Shown here piece after piece: positions 12,370-25,109 of a stretch of 64,000 nt of DNA (position 1 is the first letter of the stretch; every line of letters starts with the position of its first letter). A program made the position numbers and the translations under genes. The notes beneath the pieces were generated by a model. The model was not told the origin of the DNA and made no database searches. It was given only the letters and a program-made list of their open reading frames with translations. The DNA is from Ranitomeya imitator (taxonomy: Eukaryota), in the NCBI RefSeq assembly GCF_032444005.1, contig NC_091289.1:116064001-116128000 (forward strand). The letters run 5' to 3'.

Positions 12370-13975
12370 TACAAATGAGAGAATCTTTTGAATATCAATT
12401 TCACCTCCTTTGCCGAATATTAAACAAAAATTTGATTTGCAGGAAATCTTAATACTGGAAACCTTGCAATTGTTTGGAAAATACACATGGGGGAGAAGAA
12501 AGAAAAAGAAATCCTCCGACCATAAGAGCTTACACTGTACAAAAGAAAAAGAGGACTACAAGAAAGAAAAGAGAAAGCAAAAAGAGAAAAAGGACCGCAC
12601 TGAACACAAGCGTTTACACCTTATAAAAGTGAGATAACCCTGCTGACCAAAAGAGCTTACACTTTATAAGAGAGAGATGACTCTGCTGACCACAAGAGCT
12701 TACACTTTATAAGAGAGAGATGACTCTGCTGACCACAAGAGCTTACACTTTATAAGAGAGAGATGACTCTGCTGACCACAAGAGCTTACACTTTATAAGA
12801 GAGGGATGACCCTGCTGACCACAAGAGCTTACACTTTATAAGAGAGGGATGACCCTGCTGACCACAAGAGCTTTCACTTTATAATAGAGAGATGACCCTG
12901 CTGACCACAAGAGCTTATACTTTAGGAGAGATAGATGACCTCGCTGACCACAAGAGCTTACTCTTTATAAGAGAGGGATAACCCCGCTGACCACAAGAGC
13001 TTACACTTTATAAGAGGGGATGACCCCTCTAACAACAAGAGCTTACATTTTATTAGGGAGGGATGATCCCGCTGACCACAAGAGCTTCCATTTTATAAGA
13101 GAGGGATGACCCGGCTGACCACAAGAGTTTTCACTTCATCAGAGAGAGATGACTCTGCTGGCCACAAGAGCTTATACTTTATGAGAGATAGATGACCCCC
13201 TTGACTAGAAAGAGCTTACACTCTATAAGAGAGGGATGACCCCGCTGACCACAGGAGTTACACTTTAAAAGAGAGGGATGACCCCGATGACCACAAGAGC
13301 TTACACTTTATAAGAGAGATGACCCTGCTGACCACAGGAGCTTACACTTAATAAGAAAGGGATGACCTCGCTGACCACAAGAGCTTACACGTTAAAAAAG
13401 AAAGATGACCACACTGACCACAAGAACTTCCATTTTATAAGAGAGGGATGACCCTTCTGGTCACAAGAGCTTACACTTTAAAAGAGAGATGACCCCGCTG
13501 AGCACAAGAGCTTACACTTTATAAGAGAGGGATGACCCAGCTGACCACAAGAGCTTACACTTTATAAGAGAGGGATGACCCCACTGACCACAAGAGCTTA
13601 TACTTTATAAGAGAAAGATGACCCCGCTAACCACAAGAGCTTCCATTTTATAAGAGAGGAATGACCCTGCTGACCACAAGGGCTTAAACTCTAGATAGTG
13701 ACCTACCCAGTGACTCTGGAGATGGAAAATGACTGAATGAGGTTTGATAATCACTATGATGTCATAGCTGAAGAGCATTATTTGAAGTCACACGCGACAG
13801 CAAAATATAATGATGGCTCACTCTCTGATGCATCAGAAGTGTGAGAAATGATGCCTGGCAAGTTTTTTGCATCCAGTATCAAATTTCAAAATGTGTGAAA
13901 TCATGTGAATCAGCAAATTTCAGGAAATTTGTCTTGAACTCAATCCTACGCAGATTGATCCGCTCATCTGCACTT
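12370..13975 (+). mobile_element. Old non-autonomous element with an internal minisatellite; second copy at about 24140-24770
   Basis: Ends ...ccgctcatct. The flanks of the array (ggaaa.tac..ggggg and tacccagtga.tctggaga..aaaatgactg) recur around 24250-24770. Confidence 0.5.
12635..13690. repeat. 43-bp minisatellite (ctgaccacaagagcttacactttataagagagggatgaccccg), about 24 copies
   Basis: cacaag recurs at 12691, 12734, 12777 and 12820 (period 43). Confidence 0.95.
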
Positions 13976-14452
13976 GTTAGGGGAAAAAGAACGTGACTAA
14001 CATTCTGAAGAACTTCACATAAATGGAGATGTAACACTATACTTGGCTATCTCTAATACTTCAATGGACAACGAATGGAGCAGAAGTGCACATACTCGAC
14101 ATCAGAACCCCATTGCCAAAATCAATGCAGATCCTGGCAACTGGAACCCCCAACAATCAATTAGGGATTTCCTCTCATATTGTTGGAGGATATAACTTAA
14201 TAACTTTGTAGAACCTTTTTAAGTGCTGTATAATCTGAATTATGAATGAAAAATAGCATCCTTTGTGCATTCTCTGATGTGTCAGTTTCTCTCTTTTTGC
14301 TGTCAAGATACTGACTACATTTTTAGGATGAATGCTTGCAGAAATGCAAAAGCTTTTAAAGGGTTCACAAATATTTTAACACATCATTCTGCGAGACTGT
14401 CATCAAATCCATGTTAAGAACTTGCTTCCACACTTTTTTAATGTATACGCAC

Positions 14453-14679
14453 CCATGCTGGCAATTATACTGTGGACAGGTAGTCTGGATGGTCCGTGAT
14501 AGGATTTATATTTGCGTAATTTCTCCAGTTGCTCATGTTGTTTAAAAGCTGAATTTTCTTCTTTTGTCACATGAATATAAAAACAGGTGTCTGTGGAGCT
14601 CATGATGTATCGGGGCCCTGGGTTCAGCAAGATGTTTTTGTTATCTTCTCTTTTAACACCAATTAGGCAGACACCAAAT
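14453..14679 (-). CDS. KCNT2: KCNT2 coding exon (227 bp): (K)[76 protein letters not shown]
   Basis: Matches the Slo2 RCK1 segment [25 protein letters not shown] and [16 protein letters not shown]. Acceptor tatctcccag|A, donor ATGG|gtgcgt. Phase 2 in, phase 1 out, consistent with both neighbours. Confidence 0.97.
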
Positions 14680-15296
14680 CTGGGAGATAAGGAGGGCAGC
14701 AGGAGATCTGTGAGATAAAAAGCCTTTGACATACTAATTATTTCTTTTTTACTGATTCAGTGCATAGAAAAGTTGAAACCATATAGAAAACTCTTTATCT
14801 TTACGTTCATCTAACAAAATATTTAATATCACAGATCTTGAACTATAAAAGCCACTACACAAACTAAAATAAAGACAATTAAACTCACCAATATAGGCAA
14901 ACAGTTTAATGAGTATGGGGGCTCCTGACTCCCCCCTAATAGATGATGTTGGGGGAAAGAAGCATTGGACCTGATGAGCTTTAGTATCTGATCCTTTTGT
15001 TCTTATGGGAAATAAGCTGCTACCAGAGGGGTCCAGCAGTGCATCTCATAAGATCCATGTCGGCCACGCAACATGTTCCTGTGTTTGCAGGAAGTCTGGA
15101 GAAATATCTGATGGCTGAACCACTTTCTGGCTGTCAGGTTTATAATATGTGTGGGGACCTTAACTACTAAAACAAAAAGTCATGGTGCTTATATCATTTT
15201 TTGAAAAAGTAAGGATCTTCTGGAATTCCGAAAACAAGACCAGCTCCACAAATTTGATATTTAAAGTAAAATCCACAGACTGCCCAAGAGATTTAA

Positions 15297-18200
15297 CCCT
15301 TAGTGACCATCAATAAGCCTATATACTGACCTGCGATTTAAAAGGATACCATCCCCATACAGGTGACAATCCAGCAGCTGTCAGTAGTACTCTATAGATG
15401 ACAACTTGCTGCATCAGCCACGATCAGTGTTGGTACCAACTATAATCATTTAACCCATCAATTGCTTTTGTATATAGTGACTACTGCATCTAGATGGTTA
15501 ACAGAGTGTGGGACTCCCTCTTTAAACCCATTGGCACCCTGAGACCTTGATCTTGTAGTCCTGATGTTTGCTGTGGCAATCCATGACTAAATAGTGGCCT
15601 TAAAGTCTGCGAGCTACAGTGGCCTGTTCATAAGTTATCAACATTTAGATGGTGAAAATAAGTTTCTTTCTTCCTGTTATGTTGGATTAATTCCTGAAAA
15701 GCACCTAAAAGGTTGATAAACTACCTGAATGTAATTTTGCATATGTTGAGGGGTGCTGTTTTTAAAATGGTGTAACTTTTGGGGGTCTCCAATATATAGA
15801 ACACCCAACGTCACTTAAAAACTCCCTAATAAAACAAGTTTTGTTAATTTCCTTGAACAAATTAAAAATTACTACTACATTTTTAAACCTTTTAAAATGC
15901 TATCAAAATAAAACAATGTTTTACACATAGTGCTGATGTAAAGCAGACATGAGGGAAATGTTATTTACTAATGTTTGTGTGGCATGACTATCTGGATTAA
16001 AGGGATAATCATTCAACGTTTGAAAATTGCACATTTTTTTATTTTTTTGTAAAATTTGTGATATTTGTATAAATAAACTCAAAACATATGTTTCTATCCT
16101 CCTTCTCCTAGTCGCAGGAGATATCTCTCCCAACCCTGGCCCCCCATGTTATAGCAAGTCAAACCCCCCAACTGCTACACTCTAACCTTAAAAACCTTCT
16201 AACCTTATTAATATTCTCTGCATGCCTTCTGCCTCTTTCAATTGTGCCCTTTGGAATTCTCGCTCAGTGTGTAATAAACTTTCCTTCATCCATGACTTCT
16301 TCTTTTCTTATTTTCTTAACCTCCTGGGTCTTACTGAAACCTGGAATCAGCAGTCAGACACCACCGCTGCTGCTGCTCTCTCATGTGGTGGACTACACTT
16401 CTCTCTTACCCCAAGATCAGATGACAGAGCAGGTGGAAGCGTGCTCTGCTCCTATCACCCAAATGTATCTTTCAGGTTATCCCTTAAGTACCCTCATTTG
16501 TCTTCCCTTCTTTTGAGGTCCATACTGTCAGACTCTACATCCCCTTCTTCATGTGAGTGGTGGTGGTGTATCGTCCTCCAGGCCCCTCCCATCAGTTCCT
16601 GGATCACTTTGTTACCTGGCTTCCACACTTTCTCTCCTGCGACATCCCCACTCCCATCATGGGTGATTTAAAAATCACCATTGCTTTTCCCCTCTCTCCA
16701 CCTGCTACCCACATTTTATCTCTAACCTCCTCCTTCTGTCTCTCGCAGCTTACTAACTCTCTAACACATGAAGTTGGAAATTCCCTTGACTTGGTCTTCT
16801 CCCAGGTTTGCTCAGTGGATGATTTCACAAACTTCTCTCTCATGCTCTCTGGCCACAACCTGCTTTCATTCTGCATCAAGGTCACCCCTACTTTCCACAC
16901 ATATAGAAATATACAGGCCATTAACACCCAGAAACTTATGAAGAACTTGCAGTCATCATTGGCCCCTATCTCCTCCCTCTCATGTCCTGATTCTGCCACA
17001 AAGCATTATAATGAAACACTGCAACGTGCCCTGGATGATGCTGCACCTCCTATACATAGAACAACATGTCACAGACGGCGACAACCTGAAAACATGTTTC
17101 CTACAATGGTGCTCCAGGTTCGCCGAACGTCTGTGGAGAAAATCCGGGCTACCCGAAGATTTCATCTTTCATCCATTATAATTTATGATTAAAACATACA
17201 ACACCGCCCTTCACCTTTCCAAACAAACCTATTTCAACACCCTGATCACCTCACTATCCAATAACCCGAAACGTCTCTTTGACACGTTTCATTCCCTACT
17301 CAACCCAGGAGTGCAGGCCCCAACCACGGATCTCTGCGCTGATGATCTGGACAATTATTTCAAAGAAAAAATTGACCATATCCAACAGGAAATTATCTAC
17401 CAATCCCCTCATATTATGCACTCTCCTCCCTCCCCCACTGCATCTAGCTCACTCTCTGACTTTAAACGAGTCACAGAAGAATTGATCAGGCTCCTTGCAT
17501 CTTCTTGCGAGACCACTTGGACTAGTGACTCTCTTCCGTCACATCTCCTCCAGTCCCTTTCCCTTGCTGTCATCACCCACCTAACAAAAATATTCAACCT
17601 CTCTCTCTTCTGGTATCTTTCCCTCCTCATTTAAGCATGCCAGCATACATCCATTACTTAAAAAACCATCCCTCGACCAAAACTGTGCCGCTAACTATAG
17701 ACCTGTCTCTAATCTGCCCTTCATCTCTAAACTCTTGATACCCTTGGTCCATTCCTGTCTTTTCTGCTATCTCTCAGCTAACTCACTTCTCGACCCTCTT
17801 CAATCTGGCTTCTGCTCTTTACACTCTACTGAAACTGCCCTCACTAAAGTCTCTAATGATCTGCTAACAGCTAAATCTAATGGTCACTGCTCCCTGCTAA
17901 TTCTCTTGGATCTCTCTGCAGCATTCAAAACTGTAGATCACCAGCTCCTCCTCACTATGCTCCACTCCATCGGCCTCAAGGATTCCATTCTCTCCTGTTT
18001 TCCTCCTATCTCTCTGACCGCTACTTCACTGAGTCTTTTGTGGCTCCTCCTCTCATCTTCCCCTTACTGTAAGAGTTCCTCAAGGATCGGTTCTAGGCCC
18101 CCTCCCTTTCTCTTTTTATACTGCCCCTTTTAGTCAAACAATTAGCAGGTTTGGTTTCCAGTACTATCTCTATGCTGATGACACCCAAATATACACCTCT

Positions 18201-19560
18201 ACTCCTGATATGACGCCTGCCTTTTTAGAAAATACTAGTGAAGTGATTGTCTTACTGCTGTCTCTAACATCATGTCCTCCCTCTATCGGAAACTTAACTG
18301 GTCAAAAGCTGAACTTCTTGTGTTTCCTCCCTCTACTAATGTGGCTATGCCTGACATTGCCATTTCCGTGTCTGGTTCCTCCATTACTCCCCAGCAACAT
18401 GCCCGCTGCCTTGGGGTCATAATTGATTCAGAGCTTTCATTCTCCCCCCACATCCGTTCACTGGTTCGCTCTTGTTATCTGCACCTCAAAAACATTTCTA
18501 GAATTCGACCCTTTCTTACTGTCGACTCTGCAAAAACTCTCACTGCTTCTCTTATTCATTCTCGTCTGGACTATTGTAACTCTCTACTAATCAGTATCTC
18601 TCTTACCAAACTCTCTCCTCTCCAATCTGTCTTGAATGCTGCAGCCAGAATCATATTCTTCACCAACCGTTACACCGATGTCTCTACCTTGTGCCAGTCA
18701 TTACAGTGGTTATCCATCCACTCCAGAATTCAGTATAAACTCATTATCTTCACCCACAAAGCACTCCATGGCTCAGCACCACCCTACATCTCCTCCTTCG
18801 TCTAAATCTACCACCCTACCCATGCCCTCCGTTCTGCTAAAGACCTGAGGTTAGCATCCTCAATAATCAGAACCTCTCTTTCCCATCCCCAAGACTTTTC
18901 ACGTGCTGCACCAATTCTTTGAAATGCACTACTCGGGTTAATATGATTAATCCCCAATCCAAACAGTTTTAAGCATGGCCTAAAAACGCTTTTGTTCAGA
19001 CTGGCCTACCGTCTCAATGCTTTACCCTAACTATCCCTGTGTTGCCCATTCAAAATTTTTACCACAACCAGGTTCCTTGCATCATGTTCTCACATACTTT
19101 TTGCATTTAATAGCCCTCTGTGTCTGTACTGTTACATACTTAGGCTGATAACCGATTCATGCAGCATTACATGAACACTCTATTCTTACACTATAGCTAG
19201 TCTGAACAACTAAGCAATTGTTACCATCCACCTCTCGTGTTTCCCCTTTTCCTAATAGATTGTAAGCTTGCGAGCAGGACCCTCATTCCTCTTGGATCTG
19301 TTTTGATCTATGCACTTATTGGTATGCTGTAATATCTATTGTATGTACAAGTCCCCTCTAAAATGTAAAGTGCTGCGGAATGTGTCGGCCATATAGAAAT
19401 AAAATTATTATTATTAACATAAATTTTCCATTATTATAAAATACAATGTGTCACAAAAAACAGTCTCAAAATCAATGGGATATGTTTAAGTGTTCCAGCG
19501 TTAATGCCACACAAAGTGACACCGGTCAGGTTTCAAAAATTTGGCCCGGTCAGTAAGGAG
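15297..19560 (+). mobile_element. Non-autonomous TTAA-type element interrupted by the L2 LINE
   Basis: TTAA|cccttagtgacc at 15293-15308 and an imperfect reciprocal end ggtcagtaaggag|ttac at 19548-19564. The host sequence resumes after the L2 tail. Confidence 0.6.
16090..19415 (+). mobile_element. L2-clade non-LTR retrotransposon, 5'-truncated, with a decayed ORF2 (APE endonuclease plus RT) and 3' UTR
   Basis: Endonuclease motifs ALWNSRSV, LGLTETW, VYRPPG, GNSLDLVF; RT motifs [37 protein letters not shown]; 3' motif tagattgtaagcttgcgagcagg and an (ATT)n tail. Split over several frames. Confidence 0.95.
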
Positions 19561-19564
19561 TTAC

Positions 19565-20130
19565 GAAAATCTGTCAGTAGGAACAACCCTCCTAAGCTGT
19601 CTATATGAGGATGTAAGTCATAGGAAGCTGAATAAAATGATAACTTGATATCTGAGATCCAGTGTCTTATTCCAAAGAAATACACATTTTTTTATGCAAA
19701 TATTTCGCTGAAGACTATGTGTCAGACACTGATCTTCCTGAGAACCTGCCTCTGGAGCTTGTTGTAAATTAAAGTGTGCGTTACCAGTGTGAGACATGTA
19801 ATGACTGACACTTTGATCTCATAATAACATACAGCTGTCCAGTGAGATCAGAATGAGCACAGCACAACAGGGCTAACACAGTACAGCAGAAGTGACCTTG
19901 GCCTCATTACAAGCACATTTTCAGCTGCATTTTTCCTCTCATCACAGTTCTTCAGCTTCCATCTCACAGGCAGTCAGAATAGAGGAAGAATAATACAGCA
20001 GAGCTTACACCACTGTGAGAATAGAACTGCAAATATGCTTGTTGTATTTGTAATAAGACAATGTTCAAATCAGCTGTACTCTACTGCATTGTTTTTGTTT
20101 TACTTGGTATCAGCACTTCTCCCTTTTGAC
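19565..20130 (+). mobile_element. Non-autonomous MITE-like element, same family as 1-545
   Basis: Homology to the reverse complement of 230-545; holds a single copy of ctaacacagtacagcagaa near 19874-19892. Confidence 0.5.
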
Positions 20131-20631
20131 TTAAAATGTTTTTAATTAGCAAGAGACTGCAAGAGGGGTTGTGGCTATTTTTATTCTCTGCTAATAGTTT
20201 GAGAACTTGTGCAACACGAGGGTTTATTAGCTCCTTTCACTAGTGCGGTCATTGCTTCTGTGCTAGTTTGCCTGTGGGGTGTAGTGGTCTGGAGTCATGG
20301 GAGCTTTGCCTTGCAGCATGGGTGCTGTGGGGCATTGGGTTGCTCCTCCTGCTGGTGCTCTGTAACTGTGGTGGTGGTCGACACATGGTACTGTACCTTT
20401 TAGGTTAGGAATTAGAGACCCACTGAAAAGTTCTCCATGACGGGATAGTGGACTTCATACATTCTGATTAAAATGTTAAACTAAAAACCTTAGGTTCATT
20501 TCTAAAAAATGAAAATTGCCTAGTGGCGTTAGATCGTTGTATGATTTTGGGATGCACGGTCTATGTCTTTTTCTGCAGCTATGGTTTGACTGTAGCAAAT
20601 GCTATATTTTAGACTTCAAATGACCCCTGAT

Positions 20632-20943
20632 TAGTGATGAGTGAGTGTGTTCGTTACTCGAGTTTTCCGAGCATGCTCTGATGTTCTCCGAGTATTTTGG
20701 GAATTCTTGTAGATTATATTTGTGTCCTCGCAGCTGCATGATTTGCTACTGCTAGACAGCCTGAACACATGTGGGGATTCCCTAACAAACAGGCAATCTC
20801 TGTATGTGTTCAGGTTGTCTAGCAGCTGCAAATCATGCAGCTGCGGGGGACACAAACATAATCTACAAGTACGCAAAAAATACTCGTAGAACACACGAGC
20901 ATGCTCGGAAATCTCGAGTAATGAGCACACTCGCTCATCACTA
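20632..20943. mobile_element. hAT-type MITE, 312 bp
   Basis: Long TIRs tagtgatgag.gagtgtg...ctcga and its reverse complement; 8-bp TSD cccctgat / ctcctgat (7/8 match). Confidence 0.88.
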
Positions 20944-21130
20944 CTCCTGATGTATACTTTGCATTATAGGATGGGGTGGGGATTTATTCTGATGTGCCAT
21001 TAATATATTAGAATAGAAATTAATGGAAGTCTAACTGAAAGCCTGACCTTGTAGCTAGATGAATACTGAAAAAGAAACAGCAACATAAAAATTGAATACA
21101 AAATAATATTGTACAGCAGATTTATACCTA

Positions 21131-21286
<156 letters not shown>

Positions 21287-24200
21287 TTACAAAGAAGAGA
21301 AACATTAAGTACAGTATATCCCAAATGGACAATGATAAAAGGCACAACATAATTTATATGGTTACTTAAGGACTTTCTCTGAGGCTTAGTGCAACACAAC
21401 ATGTCACCTCTGTCTCTCTTGAATTAATCAGTAGCTTGGAGAACACAGGAAAAAAGCACTTGCAAGGTCCAATACGCCTGGTATTTAGCAGAAATATCCA
21501 AAAATTGGTAAGACTACTGACATATTCCCACATACCTGGCACATTCCATATTGTGCTTTCTATATCATAGAAGCTTATTCCGACCTATGTCGTTTTCTCA
21601 AGTTTCCACATTAATTTTTGTTGCGATGGTCAGAATAGCTTGACACTAATAACTAAAAATATTACAACTTTTGTAACATCGCAACTCTATATGAAATCAA
21701 CAACAAGTTAAAAAGTCCCGAAATATAAATTAGACTTAAGAAACAAAATTATGAATAAAGAAAAATAGCACAAATTTAAAGTTAATAATAATATTCCTTA
21801 AAGAGGATTATGGATTTATGGGTCAACAAATCCGGAAAGTGGGAGTCTAAATCTTGGCATCTCCATGGATTAACAGTTTGAAGAGACGAGTGCCTTAGCC
21901 TTTTTAGTATTTATAGTCCTCCGTCTGCCTGCACATTGTCCAATTAGTGGCATCTGTGTCAGGCAGTGTAGTGTCCTAATGAGATGAATTTCCTTTGAGG
22001 GCATTAATCTGTTTCCATCTTTGGGGCAGCATTAAATAAGGGGTTTGGTTTAGAAGACAGAGTCATCATTACCGCATTTTGAACTTAAGTGTATTGGGGT
22101 CTGAGTAAGGGTCTGAATTGGCTGTAGTCTGGGGTGGGAATTTTTTGTAGAGGACTGCTCTGGGGAGTAAATTTATTTATGTTCCTGTTACGTTGTCTGA
22201 ATTAGTTTGTCGGCTTTGGTGGGGGGTAAATTATTTGTTCTTGCTTATCAGCGCAGCAGATTGCTTCAAAAGCCAGGAGCCAAACAGCTTTAAGGGCAAG
22301 TTGTCATGAAGGTTTGAGCTGGATAGAGAAGAAAAAGTACAGTGGTATCGTTGGATAGTGTATAGGTAAAATAAAACAAAGTCCAGCTCACCATGATCGG
22401 CATCCTTGAGAACTCAGAGCACGGAACCGCTGTGTCATGGCGTGAAGGAATCGAGAAAAAGATGAGGAATCCCTAGGGTGCTTGTTCACCAGAAATGCGT
22501 TGATATCGCATTTTATTCCTTGTTGCTGCTGATGTTTTATCCTCCACTGAACATGATTTGAAGAGAATAAAGAAAGTTTTTTTTCATTACCTCGTTGAGC
22601 TGGATTCCTCATCTTTTTCTCGATAGTGTATAGGTACAGTTTTACCCGACTTAAAAAGAGAGTGTACATTTGTGTTAGACCATATGATTAAATGTTTTCA
22701 TGTTCCACGTTTATGTTCTTTCTTGCAGGCATGGCATAGGTTACAGAGAAAGCCAAAAAAAAAAAAAATGAACAAGGAATGCAAATTTTTACCACGAGCA
22801 TAGCATGCGGGTATTGTAGATTTTGCATTGAATATAAAAGCTCATTTAATGATTATCATGCAGTCTAAACATGCTGGTCATCACCTGACAAATGAGCAAA
22901 CTGCTCATTCAATGGTTGATATGATTCTTTTAATTTGCTCAAAATATCATCATTCTCGGCAGCCCATTATATTGTGTAATCAGGACCTGCGCTGTCATAA
23001 AAGCGGCAGCCTATGTGCACTGAACTATTGAATACAGATTCTTCTGTGATCAGACAATTAAACATTTTATTAAATGACCGCTGACCGCAAACCTTGCAGA
23101 TAGGTGAAACGTGCCCTCTATACACACCTCTACAGTAAGGGGTTAAAAAGCACACATCTGTATAGCTGGCAGACTGATGCATAACTGTATGGAAATGAAG
23201 CTAAGACATGGCATTTTAACAAACAAATGTCGCAGTTTTATTGATCGCTTTGAGATATAACCCTGTTTAATTCTCCAGAAACACGCTTTAAGTATTGCTT
23301 TTAATCACATCGCAACGCTGCAGAGACGCCTTGATTTGCATCACCGTCAGCACTTTTATTTTTTTTTCAGCAGAGTTAACATTAGTGTTTTCTTCTTTGT
23401 AATGGAAGCAGTGTATCAGGATTCAGACTGAAGACGACTAATAAGAATCCATGATTACGATGCAGTGTAAAAAATGAAGCAGGAACTATTAAAGCTCAAA
23501 TCATTCAAAAAACATTTTGCATTTCAATTTTCCAGAAGACAAAACAGCACAATTCAGAGATTTACAATATCTTGCAATTATATACACATGATCATTTCCG
23601 ATATGTGCTGGGAAAGCTGCAGATGAGCACATGATCTAATTACTCGCAAGTCTTCAGCTCTGATCTGCAGTTATACAGCGCCATCAAGTGTTTTCTTCAA
23701 GGATTGGAAGATAAAAATGTAAAATATACAGTATGGGACCAAGAATGTACCAGGAGCACTTAATTTTTTATTTAGAATTTTTATTTGTTAATTTCATTTA
23801 TATTTTTTACATTTTATGTTTACATATTTTATGTTTTTGCTATTAGTTATGGCAGTCTAGGCTGCGTTGGATTTAGTTAAACCTAGTATGTCCTGACAGC
23901 AGTCGCCACTATCATCATTGATGCGACATATATTCCTAATAGCCACCTCATCAGACGCCATATGTACGAAGATCAGGAAGGCATAGAACGCCCAATTGAT
24001 GACTCACAGCTGCCTGATTCTCTACAGAATAAAGTCCCTAAATCTCCAAAACAAAATGGTTTTTAATTGAATCCTTTAGAGGTTATATAATGGACATCCT
24101 GGAAAATTACATTTATTCACTTGAATTAAAAACAGCATATTAGAAATGATCAGATCTTTTGAAATTTGTAAATTTCAACAAATTTTCCCAAATACTTAGA

Positions 24201-24349
24201 TTTGTGATGAATACATTTGAGCAAATTTCCATGCTGGAAAGTTTGTAATTGCTTGGGAAATACAGGGGAGCTGAGAGAAAGCCTAGCTAAGCAAAAGGGT
24301 TTACACTTTACACACAAGAATGAGAGGATCCGCTAACCATAACAGCTTA

Positions 24350-24649
24350 GGCTAGGGTCACATTGCGTTAGGGGAGTCCATTTAGCGCATAGCGCTACAG
24401 ACTGCACTAACGCAATGTCCCAAAAGGGATCGCGCTAGCCGATCCCGCTAGCGCAGATCCCCGATCGCTGTCCGTCACTCAAATGATGGCACATCGCTAG
24501 CGCATGCCCAATGTGGGCGTGCGCTAGCGATGCGTTCGCCATTACAGGCAATGGCGGCGTTAACGGACTACTTTTACTTTACACCGCATTATGCCGCGGT
24601 GTAATGTAGTCCGTTAAACGCAGTCACATAACGCAATGTGACCCTAGCC
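24350..24649. mobile_element. PIF/Harbinger-like MITE, 300 bp
   Basis: Perfect TIRs ggctagggtcacattgcgtta and taacgcaatgtgaccctagcc; TTA target duplication at 24347-24349 and 24650-24652. Confidence 0.9.
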
Positions 24650-25109
24650 TTAAACTTTAAAGGAGCAGAAGAGAGAGAGAAAGGACCACATTGACCACAG
24701 GAACTTATTCTCTACAGAACTTAGAGACTTACCCAGTGATTCTGGAGAAGAAAAATGACTGCCATACATACTTTTCTGGTAACTGCTTTTCTCTGATTTG
24801 CCCGGTTATTGACTCACTATACAAGATATAACAATCTATAAGATGTCAAAGTTGTATCCCATCAGACTGTAAAGTGAATTAGTGGACACATTCCGCACTG
24901 CCAACAGAATTGAGACATGTTTCCCACTATGGTACAGTAAGGTGGGTTGTTTTTTTTTCAACATGTTTCGAAGTAGAAAGTTACTTCTTCTTTAGGAAAA
25001 ACCACATGTATCATGATACAGAAAATGACCTGAGCATGGCTGTTCACCAAAGTTCACATCCAACCTGATGGAAATAGAAAAGGTCATGCAAGTAAGAATG
25101 GCAGAGGAT

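Noticed and set aside
12410-12637. Lysine-rich 75-aa ORF
   Set aside because: A purine-rich low-complexity stretch leading into the 43-bp minisatellite; no homology recognised.
23947-23954. CTGATGAG hammerhead core on the minus strand
   Set aside because: No stem II followed by GAAA and no convincing stems I/III; an 8-mer alone is expected by chance or from a decayed repeat.
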